Part shown: one piece after another, positions 15,301-26,928 of the stretch
Layout: the number at the start of each line of letters is the position of its first letter
Numbering within the stretch: the first letter of the stretch is position 1
Assembly: GCF_902652985.1 (NCBI RefSeq)
Contig: NC_047033.1
Span: 13,020,001 to 13,084,000 of the forward strand
Direction of reading: 5' to 3'
DNA: 64,000 bases
Origin: Pecten maximus
Taxonomy: Eukaryota
Notes under the pieces: model-generated
The model's database searches: none
What the model was told of the DNA's origin: nothing
Seen by the model: only the letters and a program-made list of their open reading frames with translations
Position numbers and translations under genes: made by a program

Positions 15301-18300
15301 GTAAGTGTCTAAAAAGCTAGGGTAAGTGTCTAAGAAGCTAGGGTAAGTGTCTAAAAAGCTAGGGTAAGTGTCTAAAAAGCTAGGGTTAGTGTCTAAAAAG
15401 CTAGGGTTAGTGTCTAAGAAGCTAGGGTAAGTGTCTAAACAGCTTGAGTAAGTGTCTAAAAAGCTAGGGTAAGTGTCTAAGAAGCTAGAGTTAGTGTCTA
15501 AAAAGCTAGGGTAAGTGTCTAAGAAGCTAGGGTAAGTGTCTAAAAAGCTAGGGTTAGTATCTAAGAAGCTAGGGTAAGTGTCTAAAAAGCTAGGGTAAGT
15601 GTCTAAGAAGCTAGGGTAAGTGTCTAAGAAGCTAGGGTAAGTGTCTAAGAAGCTAGGGTAAGTGTCTAAGAAGCTAGGGTAAGTGTCTAAGAAGCTAGGG
15701 TTAGTGTCTAAGAAGCTAGGGTAAGTGTCTAAAAAGCTCGGGTAAGTGTCTAAAAAGCTAGGGTAAGTGTCTAAGAAGCTAGGGTTAGTGTCAAAGAAGC
15801 TAGGGTAAGTGTCTAAAAAGCTAGGGTAAGTGTCTAAGAAGCTAGGGTAAGTGTCTAAGAAGCTAGGGTAAGTGTCTAAGAAGCTAGGGTAAGTGTCTAA
15901 AAAGCTAGGGTAAATGTCTAAGAAGCTAGGGTTAGTGTCTAAAAAGCTAGGGTAAGTGTCTAAAAAGCTAGGGTAAGTGTCTAAGAAGCTAGGGTAAGTG
16001 TCTAAGAAGCTAGGGTAAGTGTCTAAGAAGCTAGAGTTAGTGTCTAAGAAGCTAGGGTAAGTGTCTAAAAAGCTAGAGTTAGTGTCTAAGAAGCTAGGGT
16101 AAGTGTCTAAGAAGCTAGGGTAAGTGTCTAAGAAGCTAGGGTAAGTGTCTAAGAAGCTAGAGGTTAGTGTCGAAGAAGCTAGGGTAAGTGTCTAAGAAGC
16201 TAGGGTAAGTGTCTAAGAAGCTAGGGTAAGTGTCTAAAAAGCTAGAGTTAGTGTCTAAGAAGCTAGGGTAAGTGTCTAAGAAGCTAGGGTAAGTGTCTAA
16301 GAAGCTAGGGTAAATGTCTAAGAAGCTAGGATAAGTGTCTAAGAAGCTAGGGTAAGTGTCTAAGAAGCTAGGGTAAGTGTCTAAGAAGCTAGAGTTAGTG
16401 TCTAAGAAGCTAGGGTAAGTGTCTAAAAAGCTAGGGTTAGTATATAAGAAGCTAGGGTAATTATCTAAAAAGCTAGAGTTAGTGTCTAAGAAGCTAGGGT
16501 AAGTGTTTAAAAAGCTAGGGTAAGTGTCTAAGAAGCTAGGGTAAGTGTCTAAGAAGCTAGGGTAAGTATCTAAGAAGCTAGGGTAAGTGTCTAAAAAGCT
16601 AGGGTAACTGTCTAAGAAGCTAGAGTTAGTGTCTAAGAAGCTAGGGTAAGTGTCTAAAAAGCTAGGGTAAGTATCTAAAAAGCTAGAGTTAGTGTCTAAG
16701 AAGCTAGGGTAAGTGTCTAAAAAGCTAGGGTAAGTGTCTAAAAAGCTAGGGTAAGTGTCTAAGAAGCTAGGGTAACTGTCTAAGAAGCTAGAGTTAGTGT
16801 CTAAGAAGCTAGGGTAAGTGTCTAAAAAGCTAGGGTAAGTGTCTAAGAAGCTAGGGTAACTGTCTAAGAAGCTAGAGTTAGTGTCTAAGAAGCTAGGGTA
16901 AGTGTCTAAAAAGCTAGGGTAAGTATCTAAAAAGCTAGAGTTAGTGTCTAAGAAGCTAGGGTAAGTGTCTAAAAAGCTAGGGTAAGTGTCTAAGAAGCTA
17001 GGGTAAGTGTCTAAAAAGCTAGAGTTAGTGTCTAAGAAGCTAGGGTTAGTGTCTAAGAAGCTAGAGTTAGTGTCTAAAAAGCTAGGGTAAGTGTCTAAGA
17101 AGCTAGGGTAAGTGTCTAAGAAGCTAGGGTAAGTGTCTAAGAAGCTAGGGTAAGTGTCTAAAAAGCTAGGGTAAGTGTCTAAGAAGCTAGGGTAACTGTC
17201 TAAGAAGCTAGAGTTAGTGTCTAAGAAGCTAGGGTAAGTGTCTAAAAAGCTAGGGTAAGTATCTAAAAAGCTAGAGTTAGTGTCTAAGAAGCTAGGGTAA
17301 GTGTCTAAAAAGCTAGGGTAAGTGTCTAAGAAGCTAGGGTAAGTGTCTAAAAAGCTAGAGTTAGTGTCTAAGAAGCTAGGGTTAGTGTCTAAGAAGCTAG
17401 AGTTAGTGTCTAAGAAGCTAGGGTAAGTGTCTAAGAAGCTAGGGTAAGTGTCTAAAAAGCTAGGGTAAGTGTCTAAGAAGCTAGAGTTAGTGTCTAAGAA
17501 GCTAGGGTAAGTGTCTAAGAAGCTAGGGTAAGTGTCTAAGAAGCTAGGGTAAGTGTCTAAAAAGCTAGGGTAAGTGTCTAAGAAGCTAGGGTAAGTGTCT
17601 AAGAAGCTAGGGTAAGTGTCTAAAAAGCTAGGGTAAGTGTCTAAGAAGCTAGAGTTAGTGTCTAAGAAGCTAGGGTAAGTGTCTAAAAAGCTAGGGTAAG
17701 TGTCTAAAAAGCTAGGGTAAGTGTCTAAGAAGCTAGGGTAAGAGTCTAAAAAGCTAGGGTAAGTGTCTAAGAAGCTAGGGTAAGTGTCTAAGAAGCTAGG
17801 GTTAGTGTCTAAGAAGCTAGGGTTAGTGTCTCAGAAGCTAGGATAAGTGTCTAAGAAGCTAGGGTAAGTGTCTAAGAAGCTAGGGTAAGTGTCTAAAAAG
17901 CTAGGGTAAGTGTCTAAGAAGCTAGGGTAAGTGTCTAAAAAGCTAGGGTAAGTGTCTAAGAAGCTAGAGTTAGTGTCTAAGAAGCTAGGGTAAGTGTCTA
18001 AGAAGCTAGGGTAAGTGTCTAAAAAGCTAGGGTAAGTGTCTAAGAAGCTAGGGTAAGTGTCTAAGAAGCTAGGGTTAGTGTCTAAGAAGCTAGAGTAAGT
18101 GTCTAAGAAGCTAGAGTTAGTGTCTAAGAAGCTAGAGTAAGTGTCTAAGAAGCTAGGGTTAGTGTCTAAGAAGCTAGGGTAAGTGTCTAAAAAGCTAGGT
18201 TAAGTGTCTAAGAAGCTAGAGTTAGTGTCTAAGAAGCTAGGGTTAGTGTCTCAGAAGCTAGGGTAAGTGTCTAAAAAGCTAGGATAAGTGTCTAAAAAGC

Positions 18301-21300
18301 TAGGGTAAGTGTCTAAAAAGCTTGAGTAAGTGTCTAAAAAGCTAGGATAAGTGTCTAAGAAGCTAGGGTAAGTGTCTAAGAAGCAAGGGTAAGTGTCTAA
18401 GAAGCTAGAGTTAGTGTCTAAGAAGCTAGAGTTAGTGTCTAAGAAGCTAGGGTAAGTGTCTAAAAAGCTAGGGTAAGTGTCTAAGAAGCTAGGGTAAGTG
18501 TCTAAGAAGCTAGAGTTAGTGTCTAAGAAGCTAGGGTAAATATCTCAGAAGCTAGGTTAAGTGTCTAAGAAGCTAGAGTTAGTGTCTAAGAAGCTAGGGT
18601 AAGTGTCTAAAAAGCTAGGGTAAGTGTCTAAAAAGCTAGGGTAAGTGTCTAAAAAGCTTGAGTAAGTGTCTAAGAAGCTAGGGTAAGTGTCTCAGAGGCT
18701 AGGGTAAGTGTCTAAGAAGCTAGGGTAAGTGTCTAAGAAGCTAGAGTTAGTGTCTAAGAAGCTAGAGTTAGTGTCTAAGAAGCTAGGGTAAGTGTCTAAA
18801 AAGCTAGGGTAAGTGTCTAAAAAGCTAGGGTAAGTGTCTAAAAAGCTAGGGTAAGTGTCTAAGAAGCTAGAGTTAGTGTCTAAGAAGCTAGGGTAAGTGT
18901 CTAAGAAGCTAGGGTAAGTGTCTAAGAAGCTAGGGTAAGTGTCTAAGAAGCTAGGGTAAGTGTCTAAGAAGCTAGGGTAAGTGTCTAAGAAGCTAGAGTT
19001 AGTGTCTAAGAAGCTAGAGTTAGTGTCTAAGAAGCTAGGGTAAGTGTCTAAAAAGCTAGGGTAAGTGTCTAAAAAGCTAGGGTAAGTGTCTAAAAAGCTA
19101 GGGTAAGTGTCTAAGAAGCTAGAGTTAGTGTCTAAGAAGCTAGGGTAAGTGTCTAAAAAGCTAGGGTAAGTGTCTAAGAAGCTAGGGTAAGTGTCTAAGA
19201 AGCTAGGGTAAGTGTCTAAGAAGCTAGAGTAAGTGTCTAAAAAGCTAGGGTAAGTGTCTAAAAAGCTAGGGTAAGTGTCTAAGAAGCTAGGGTAAGTGTC
19301 TAAAAAGCTAGGGTAAGTGTCTAAAAAGCTAGGGTAAATGTCTAAGAAGCTAGGGTAAGTGTCTAAGAAGCTAGGGTAAGTGTCTAAGAAGCTAGAGTTA
19401 GTGTCTAAGAAGCTAGGGTAAGTATCTAAGAAGCTAGGGTAAGTATCTAAGGAGCTAGGGTAAGTATCTAAGGAGCTAGGGTAAGTGTCTAAAAGCTAGG
19501 GTAAGTGTCTAAGAAGCTATGATAGGTGTCATACTCCATAGGATTAGGGAACGATATATACATGTGGATATATGAAGCACCTAAAATATTAATTTAGTAA
19601 TATATTTATTTATAGAATATTAAATATGACCGCATATCATTGCAATTCATCTTTCTAGCATATAGAACTCTTCAATTATCATTGGAGTCCAAAATTGTGA
19701 CAATCCCGAAGGATATTCAGGACAAATTAACTATGCATTGAATGGTCGACAAATTGAATTTATTGCCAATTATGAATGTTACTCGGCTGATATATAAATG
19801 GAATGACAACTGTTATCAAGCAAGTCAGATGTATATTTTGTAACTATAATTCTTATCCAACTGACCTTAAATCATGGATTTGTAGTTAAAGCTACACACG
19901 TTGGCATTTGACCTGCTTAAGAATGTTACTTATCAATGTAAGCAAAATATCAGTAAGTAAAAAAAACCACATTTTTATCAACAACCGCCTGAGGCCAGAA
20001 AGTGTAGACACAGTTATGTCACTATTGTAACGTTTATAATATTTTATTATAAAATTTACATTTCATTAAAAATATAGAATCGGTTGTCTTTACGTAATAA
20101 TTTCAGGGAAAGAAATTGTTTTTAAAAAATCCATGACATTAATGGTACCCATACAATCCCATTAAGACTCTCTATCCTATAATATCTCGTTTACGTTTTT
20201 CTTTTGTTCAGTAGGCATACATGTTTATGTACATATTCTTGATAACTTCATTTTGATGAACTTGTCATCTAGAACAATTAATTGATTTCTTTTGTCATAA
20301 CCACACACAAATTGACATTTCACATTCATCATCGTTTGACTAATGTATTTTTCTACAATACAAATATTGTTCAAACAAAATAAATAAAATAACGACAGTT
20401 TTCTATTGTCCAATAGAAAACTAACTGCATGCTTTAAATAAAAGTATTTAGATGCCAATATGCCGATAAGACTTTAAATGCATTACGAATTGTTGTTAAA
20501 GCATAGCTTTCAAATAAGCGGACTATAACCAAATCTTTCCAACGCTAAAATTTTAGCACATTTTCACAAAATATTACTAATTGAAAAATGGAATTATCTT
20601 TACATGACTTAAATCAATTAATCTCTATTTGTTTACGCTGTCGAAAAGTAATCTGTAAAAGTTTCACATTGATGTATTTTTGTCGTTGGATGTTGTTGCT
20701 GTGATATTAATTGCTGTTGTCTTTCAAAGCTGATACTTTTCGTCATTACGTGTTGACACTTAAATGCCTGTCCTGATTTCTGTATTGACCCTATATAATT
20801 GTCTCCATCGTATGTCTACCCATACCTGTCCTAATATGTCCAGGATGACATTTGCCCCGTTTAGCGTGTCAGCGTTGTGTATTGAAAGTAGGTCTTTGTT
20901 TTTGCTCCCGTGAAATATGTAGTTTGTTGCATTGTGTTGACGTTTGCTGAGCGTTGGCATTGTGCATTGACGCTGTGAGATCTACTTTGTATTTGTGTGT
21001 TGACGATATGATGAGTTTTGTATTTGTGTGTTTACGATATGATGAGTTTTGTATTTGTGTGTTGACGATATGATGAGTTTTGTATTTGTGTGTTGACGAT
21101 ATGATGAGTTTTGTATTTGTGTGTTGACGATATGATGAGTTTTGTATTTGTGTGTTGACGATATGATGAGTTTTGTATTTGTGTGTTTACGATATGATGA
21201 GTTTTGTATTTGTGTGTTGGCGACATGATGAGTTCAGTAATAGTGTGTTGACGGTGTGGTGTAGGTTTTCCTTTTCTGTTGATGTTAATATACTGTACTG

Positions 21301-21507
21301 TTAACCCATTCTTATGTCAATGAACTGATGTACTTTTTGTCACTGTTTTTAAACATGTGTTGTTTAGGTGGTGATCACGTGGTATTTCATTGTTTAGTAT
21401 GGACGCTGTGATGAGATTTCTCAATGTATCGTTGTTGTCGTGTTGCTGCCGTGAATTTCCGTATCTGAAATTATCACAATTTTTCATTATTTTTTTTCCA
21501 GATATAA
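6308..21507 (+). CDS. Transmembrane SEA/EGF mucin, paralog A (MUC13/MUC3/MUC17-like architecture), 9 coding exons, ~1139 aa
   Basis: Manual splice with all GT-AG sites and consistent phases: 6308-6386, 6851-9316, 11107-11222, 11670-11728, 12240-12433, 12807-12975, 13368-13559, 14659-14797, 21502-21507 (3420 nt). Signal peptide, PTS, SEA with RGSVVC, EGF-like, TM, tail ending EARI*. Exon sizes 116/59/169/192/6 are identical to paralog B. Confidence 0.9.
6851..9316 (+). CDS. Mucin A exon 2: ~820 aa Thr/Ser/Pro-rich (PTS) domain bracketed by CYNLC and CVAVC
   Basis: ORF 6859-9462; acceptor ttacag|, donor TGG G|GTAAG at 9316; the end (TIDCVxVCxxWGRTP...PSPYxNxxPxW) matches paralog B. Confidence 0.93.
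9406..9481. repeat. Near-perfect hairpin (32-bp arms, 1 mismatch, 12-nt loop), probably the centre of a palindromic MITE
   Basis: GTAAGTTATGTTTTTAAAGTTACAAAAGACAC (9406-9437) vs GTGTCTTTTGTAACTTTTAAAACATAACTTAC (9450-9481). Confidence 0.85.
11107..11222 (+). CDS. Mucin A exon 3: SEA domain N-part (EIAVFPLHFTISFNIPWTSDY...)
   Basis: tttcag| acceptor, |gtaag donor, 116 nt; homologous to B exon 33937-34052. Confidence 0.9.
11670..11728 (+). CDS. Mucin A exon 4: SEA (LENIYIHIPGLRSKTVNDL)
   Basis: 59 nt with canonical sites; homologous to B LETIYKDIPGFRKITIVHY. Confidence 0.88.
12240..12433 (+). CDS. Mucin A exon 5: SEA C-part with GSVV motif
   Basis: ccacag| then (S)RGSVVCTY...NRNAEFGQ; overlaps ORF 12250-12489. 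Confidence 0.9.
12807..12975 (+). CDS. Mucin A exon 6: Cys-rich / EGF-like modules
   Basis: SPCNATNICPLGYTC...CVHKCKIDNPCHNGGTCYVNEQNIVGC; 169 nt as in B. Confidence 0.93.
13368..13559 (+). CDS. Mucin A exon 7: EGF end + transmembrane helix + basic stop-transfer
   Basis: CKPNSDLIYFGDYCE...YIIVIACVSGAALVLLFVFISCICFRKRP...GEYSF; 192 nt as in B. Confidence 0.93.
14659..14797 (+). CDS. Mucin A exon 8: cytoplasmic tail ending ...TFKEAR
   Basis: Acceptor gtacag|, in frame with ORF 14636-14863, donor AGG|GTAAGT; DNQAY and EAR motifs shared with B. Confidence 0.85.
14789..19520 (+). repeat. 21-bp tandem satellite, consensus GAAGCTAGGGTAAGTGTCTAA; homogeneous core ~14980-19520 (~215 copies) plus ~9 degenerate proximal copies
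   Basis: Directly visible. The first 15 nt of the unit equal the last 9 nt of exon 8 plus the GTAAGT donor. It lies in the last intron of mucin A. Confidence 0.97.
20987..21233. repeat. 31-bp minisatellite (GAGTTTTGTATTTGTGTGTTGACGATATGAT), ~8 copies
   Basis: 31-bp periodicity (21001, 21032, 21063...). Confidence 0.92.
21502..21507 (+). CDS. Mucin A terminal coding exon: Ile + stop (ATA TAA)
   Basis: Strong acceptor ttttcattattttttttccag|ATATAA; mirrors B tttcag|ATTTAA; AATAAA at 21938. Confidence 0.7.
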   Translation: M

Positions 21508-23690
21508 CGGGAGTTGAGGAAGTAAAATTTGTAGTCGATGGTCGTCGCTATGGATGTTTACATGGATCTGTTTCACAACTAGACACCCGATGGACACTAA
21601 TATTACGTTAGTTACATAGGATGATATCGGAACTGTTGAACACAGGATGCCTCTAGTGCAACGTTATATATAATACCAGAAGGGCTGAACAACAAATCAT
21701 CTGGTTCTTTTACATATCATATCTTGATTGGAGACAATTCAATGCTCACTTCCTCGCCTTTGAGGATTAAACGGATATTACACCATGCTATCGGAGATGA
21801 CGGTGGCGTTACTTACTGGTATCATTAACACATCTTTGATAAACGCAATAGCAATATCTTTGGTAGTTGATTCTTATCAGGTGTGACGTCATACTTTATA
21901 ACGTCGTAATTAAAAACAATGGCGAGGACATTTCTGTAATAAACTCATTCGGAAGTTTATTTTATTCTTTTTGCTCGACGGGAGCTTATTGGTCGTGAAA
22001 CAAAACGCTTGGAACCATTTTATTGTTGAAATAAGAATGAAAGGTCATGTATAGGTAATATATTGTGTTCACTGAATATCTATGTGGTAAATGATCAATT
22101 ATTGTGCTGCTAGAAATGTTCTGATAAACGAAATGTTGGTGCTGTATTCAAAACAACCATTTTGGTGAATGTGTGAGTATTAAACACAATTTAACCAAAA
22201 CAATACAAAGAACACATGTATATACCCCATGGAAGTTTGATGAAATTAGATGTATCAAATAAAACAGTATGATATATAATTATGGGTGTGAGTTAATCTC
22301 TGTGCGATTCTAAACAGACAGAAATCGTCAGCTTGGAACTATTTTATTTTTTTTTGGGGGGGGGGGGGAGGGGGAATGATTTCTTGTTGAAACAATTTGT
22401 TGTATCAAATGAAAACTTTAAATTATATTTGTTGGAACCACAATACCTTCTGTGATCTTGTTTCGGTAAATAATTTTCCCTGGTGTCAAGTTTTTGAGTC
22501 CTATAAGAAAGGTAGAAGGGGGAGGGTGCGTGTGTATGTGTGTGTGCTATATTTGTTTGTTTTGTTTTTATTTTTGTTTTTATAATATAAATAGAATGCC
22601 TTCAAAATAATGATCGTTATAGTACAAGTACAAATATTGTATATACCATTACAATACGTTCATAGTATATATTGTTGTGTGCTATACTGAAACACACTTT
22701 TGCTGTAATTTCCATAGACTTCTCAAATGAAGAGGATATAAATCCAACGCATTTTCGATACATAAATCTATGTTATCATCTGCATGATTTGAAAATCATT
22801 ACGTTTATATCACAGGTACTTGCTATCAAAGCTCGCCCACATACAACTTGGTTGCACTTACCTCGATTTCTTTACCTCATTCGTTTTTTTTTTATATCCG
22901 ACAACCATTTTGTTTTGATATATACAATTGATATCTATCGTGGCAGCTATAACGGACATTTAATCACAATGGGTACAATCTGCTGATTCTGTTTAATGAT
23001 TTCACGATGATCGTGACATAGTTCTAAGCATACTATTAACCCAAGTATGTATCTACGGTCGTAATCGTTAGAGGCTATTTCAAGTAGAGCGACTTTTTCT
23101 AAACAAACTTGAGATTATTTGAAAATTGATAACAGAAATGACCCATTGCTCTTAAGCTAATATATGCGAAGATTTACCTGCTAGGTATTTTGGCCTAGCA
23201 CTCCTTGACTTTCCTACTACCCTGCCCCACCCTACCGATTATGACAAGTTATATCAGGTAGTCCATTCCCAATAGACTATTGTTAGACAATTGGCTACCA
23301 GGGAGAATAGTCAGGTGTGCGTAAAGGTAGGAATGATTTCATTGATATTTTGTGTTTCCCGTGGATTATCATTGGTGCTCATATGATATTAATTGTGCCA
23401 TTATTACACTGATATTGATAATTTCTTGTCTTTTGTATTTCAGGTGTGAGTTTGTAACACGTGATTTTCATTACTCTAAACTGAAACATATGTCTCGTTA
23501 TCCATGTAATTGATTTCATTAACCATTAACCTACTTTCTATTTTATTTACTATTGGGATATGATTTAATTACAATAATAATAATAATAATAATAAAACAT
23601 ACCTCATTATTCTTTGTAAAAAAAGATGTCAAAATTGTTTTTGTATTTATATGAAGTTTTCGCTGAGTGAGCATGTATTAACAGATACCA

Positions 23691-23849
23691 GGCCCAGTTC
23701 CATCAATATTCCTTAACTTTTAATTCCCCATAGGAAAGAATTACAGTATTTAAGGATTGTTCCTTACCTAAGATTTATCTTTAAATTCTGTGATGCTTTC
23801 CTATGGAAAAGGCTTTCCTTGTGTTAAGGAGCATTGATGAAACTGGGCC
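23691..23849. mobile_element. MITE, 159 bp, ~27-bp imperfect TIRs (GGCCCAGTT...)
   Basis: GGCCCAGTTCCATCAATATTCCTTAAC ... GTTAAGGAGCATTGATGAAACTGGGCC. Confidence 0.75.
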
Positions 23850-25349
23850 ATAATGATGAGCAAATCATCAATCGATATTCAAAGTATGCTGTTAAGAAGT
23901 GTTTTTTTTTAGCTTTTCGGGTTTGAGTCACTCTGAATTATCAATTATTTCTTTTTAAAAATATGCAATGCCTTATTTGATGACTTATTTCACACACAAC
24001 TGTTCTTTTCTCTTCATGCAATAAATCTTTTAACATATAGATTTTTGTAAAGGTCGGTAGAATGAATGTTCAATTGAAATTCCTTCTAGAAATTTAATCT
24101 TTATATAATAAGGTGGTGTTAAATATCTATTCTACGTCTGAGATGCCGTTGGTTTAAAAAAACGAATTTGATATATAAAACATTAATGCCGATACCAGTC
24201 TGAAACGAGTGATCCTAAGTATTACTTTTAACCCAACACGAAAATACCCGAATGTATTTGATAGTCTCAATTACTCTTGGGGGAGACGCATGTTCGATAT
24301 AGACTCCCCTTATATCGGAAATGTACATTGCATTTCTTGTCTGATTCAGACTCAGCGGTAACTTATCTTAACCTTTTCAGGGGGTATATCAACTAAATAG
24401 TTTTAGATAATACGGTACAGCACGTTGTCAACTCAACTTCTAGTGCGTAACATTATCCCATAACTAAAGTAATGTCATTGAATCTATTTTGTAATTTCTG
24501 AAAACGATCTCAAGGACTAAGGTTTATCCGATAACAAATAACCCCCGAAAAAAAAAGAAGATATTTTTTGTAAAGCATTTTTTAAAAGTAATCTACAATT
24601 TTTTGTTGATCTTTAAATATGTTCCATGGATTACGAGAAAAAAAAACTAAAAATATCAGAATCTGTATTTATATATTTGTCATAATGTACTTTGGTCCGG
24701 TCCCGTCTTTACCTAAGTTATTTGCGTTAGTTAATACAACATTAGGTAACCGATAAATAGATGGCATGTTAAGACGGTGCTTAGAGGGATTAAGATACCT
24801 GATGCAGGTGTTGTATCCTTTAGTACGCTAATTAGCTATTAATGTTTACCCAGTCTGGAGTGTAATATGGACTGGCTGATATTTATCAATGATGGACCTT
24901 TGGTCAGGTCAATATTTTAGATATATTAACCTCATCAAAATTCCTTATTTTATTATATTAGATATGAAACTTATTTGCAAACGGATGGAGTTGCATTATA
25001 TTTGTCTTGAAAACTGTAAATTTACATTTTTTTCATTGTGACTTCACAATGATCATGACATATACACGCAACATTGTCTTGGTGTTTCTAAACATCGAGA
25101 CTTCAGGTAAATATATTAAACTTTGAACTTACACGTCATAATGTTTTAACCATAGAGAACTGAGGAAAATCGGACCATATCTAATATAACAAATAATACG
25201 ATGTAACAGTATAATGAAAAAGCGTTATGCAAAATAATGTAGAAATTACGGTCCTATCGCAAATACATCATAGATTATTTTATAATATCAGATTACTCAA
25301 AATAAAATGTCAATGAAAAATCATATTCAAATCAGGGATGAAGGATTTC

Positions 25350-26173
25350 ATTTTCTGTTATCCTGGACCGGGATATCCGCAGTTTTACCGGGTTGAGATT
25401 TTCGTATCTCACCCTAGGGAAAAGACAAGCTACGAGTGCTCTTTTCACGTTATTAACAATTGTATTTCGTCACGTCAACAATACCATGACGTCAGGGTAA
25501 TAGTACAATAACGTCATGTCGACAATTCTATCACGTCACGTCAACAATTCCTTGAATCGATGTAACGTAATATTAGATACATAAGAAGGTAAGCAGGGTA
25601 AGAGAAAAATAAGCATTCACCCCATTGGAAGTGAGACAGGGGAATCTCAACCTCGGAGTAAGAAAAAGCTGCCAAACACGAGGCTTAAGAATCTTCCCCC
25701 TCGGGTTGAGATTAATATAATCTTTCAACCCCTTGGGGTGAGACAGGGGAATCTCAACCCGAGGGTAAGATTCTTAAGTTGCCAAACACGAGGCTTGCCG
25801 ATTGTTTGGCAGCTTAATAATCTTACCCCGAGGGTTGAGATTCCCCTGTCTCACTTCCATGGGGGTGAATGATTATTTTTCTCTTATCCCTGTTTACCCT
25901 CTTATGTATATAGCATTCACGTTACATCAATGCAAGGGAAATGTTGACGTGACGTGATTGAATTGTCGACGTGACGTCATGATACTGTTGCCGTGACGAC
26001 ATGGTATTGTTGACGTGACAAAATACAATTGTTGAGAACGTGAGAAGAACACGTGTAGCTTGTCTTTTCCCTAGGGTGAGATAAGAAAATCTCACCCCGA
26101 TAAAACTGCGGATATCCCTGTCCAGGGTAAGAGAATCCCCTGTCTCACCACCGTGGGGGTGAAAGATTCTATT
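25350..26173. mobile_element. Two adjacent, oppositely oriented copies of a non-autonomous TIR element, forming a large imperfect palindrome
   Basis: 25714-26173 has ~35-40-bp imperfect TIRs (AATCTTTCA.CCCC...GGTGAGACAGGGGA.TCTC); ~25358-25678 is a diverged reverse complement of ~25802-26130; related fragments at ~28945-29045 and ~29600-29670. Confidence 0.75.
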
Positions 26174-26572
26174 CATCTTAAGAAAGGATTGGTTATTTCT
26201 GATTCAGAATCAAATGATCGTTCGGTCTGAATTTTTGGATTAAATTCCTTTTATAAAACATTGAAATATATATATAACCTTCCTGATATCTGTTACACTA
26301 AGAATTGGAATAAACTCCTACTTAATCCTCCACACGTTTCGACGTTCATATCCAACAAAGTGACCCGGATATACAGTGTTTTTCACATAGGTTGATATTT
26401 AGAATATATCACTTACTTATATGATAAAAGGAGACCAATAATACCTACAACAGAAACTACATTAATTAGATTTCTGGCTTACTGATATATAATGAATAAC
26501 CTTTATAGACGGAAGTCTTTATATGTTTTTTTATAAAAAGAAAGCCTTCATAGAGAAAGTTTTATCTATAAT

Positions 26573-26928
26573 ACTTTTATATTTATAAAACTTTTTCTGT
26601 AAAGGCCACTTTTATATCCATAAAACTTTCTCTGTAAAGGCCACTTTTATATTTATAAAACTTTCTCTGTAAAGGCCACTTTTATATTTATAACACTTTC
26701 TCTGTAAAGGCCACTTTTATATCTATAGCACTTTCTCTGTAAAGGCCACTTTTATATCTATAAAACTTTCTCTATAAAAGCCACTTTTATATCTATAAAA
26801 CTTTCTCTGTAAACGCCACTTTTATATCTATAACACTTTCTCTGTAAAGGCCACTTTTATATCTATAACACTTTCTCTATAAAGGCCACTTTTATATCTA
26901 TAAAACTTTCTCTATAAAGTCCACTTTG
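26573..26928. repeat. 35-bp minisatellite (CTTTCTCTGTAAAGGCCACTTTTATATCTATAAAA), ~10 copies
   Basis: 35-bp periodicity (26591, 26626, 26661...). Confidence 0.92.

Noticed and set aside
14980-19520. Satellite as a CRISPR array or interstitial telomere (TAGGG / GGGTTAG words)
   Set aside because: No unique spacers, no cas genes and a eukaryotic context; the period is 21, not TTAGGG hexamers; the unit is explained by the exon-end/donor sequence.
19666-19797. Alternative terminal exon for mucin A (NSSIIIGVQNCDNPEGYSGQINYAL...)
   Set aside because: Phase-compatible but with a weaker acceptor and no counterpart in B. The Ile-stop exon at 21502 matches B. Not fully excluded as a minor isoform.
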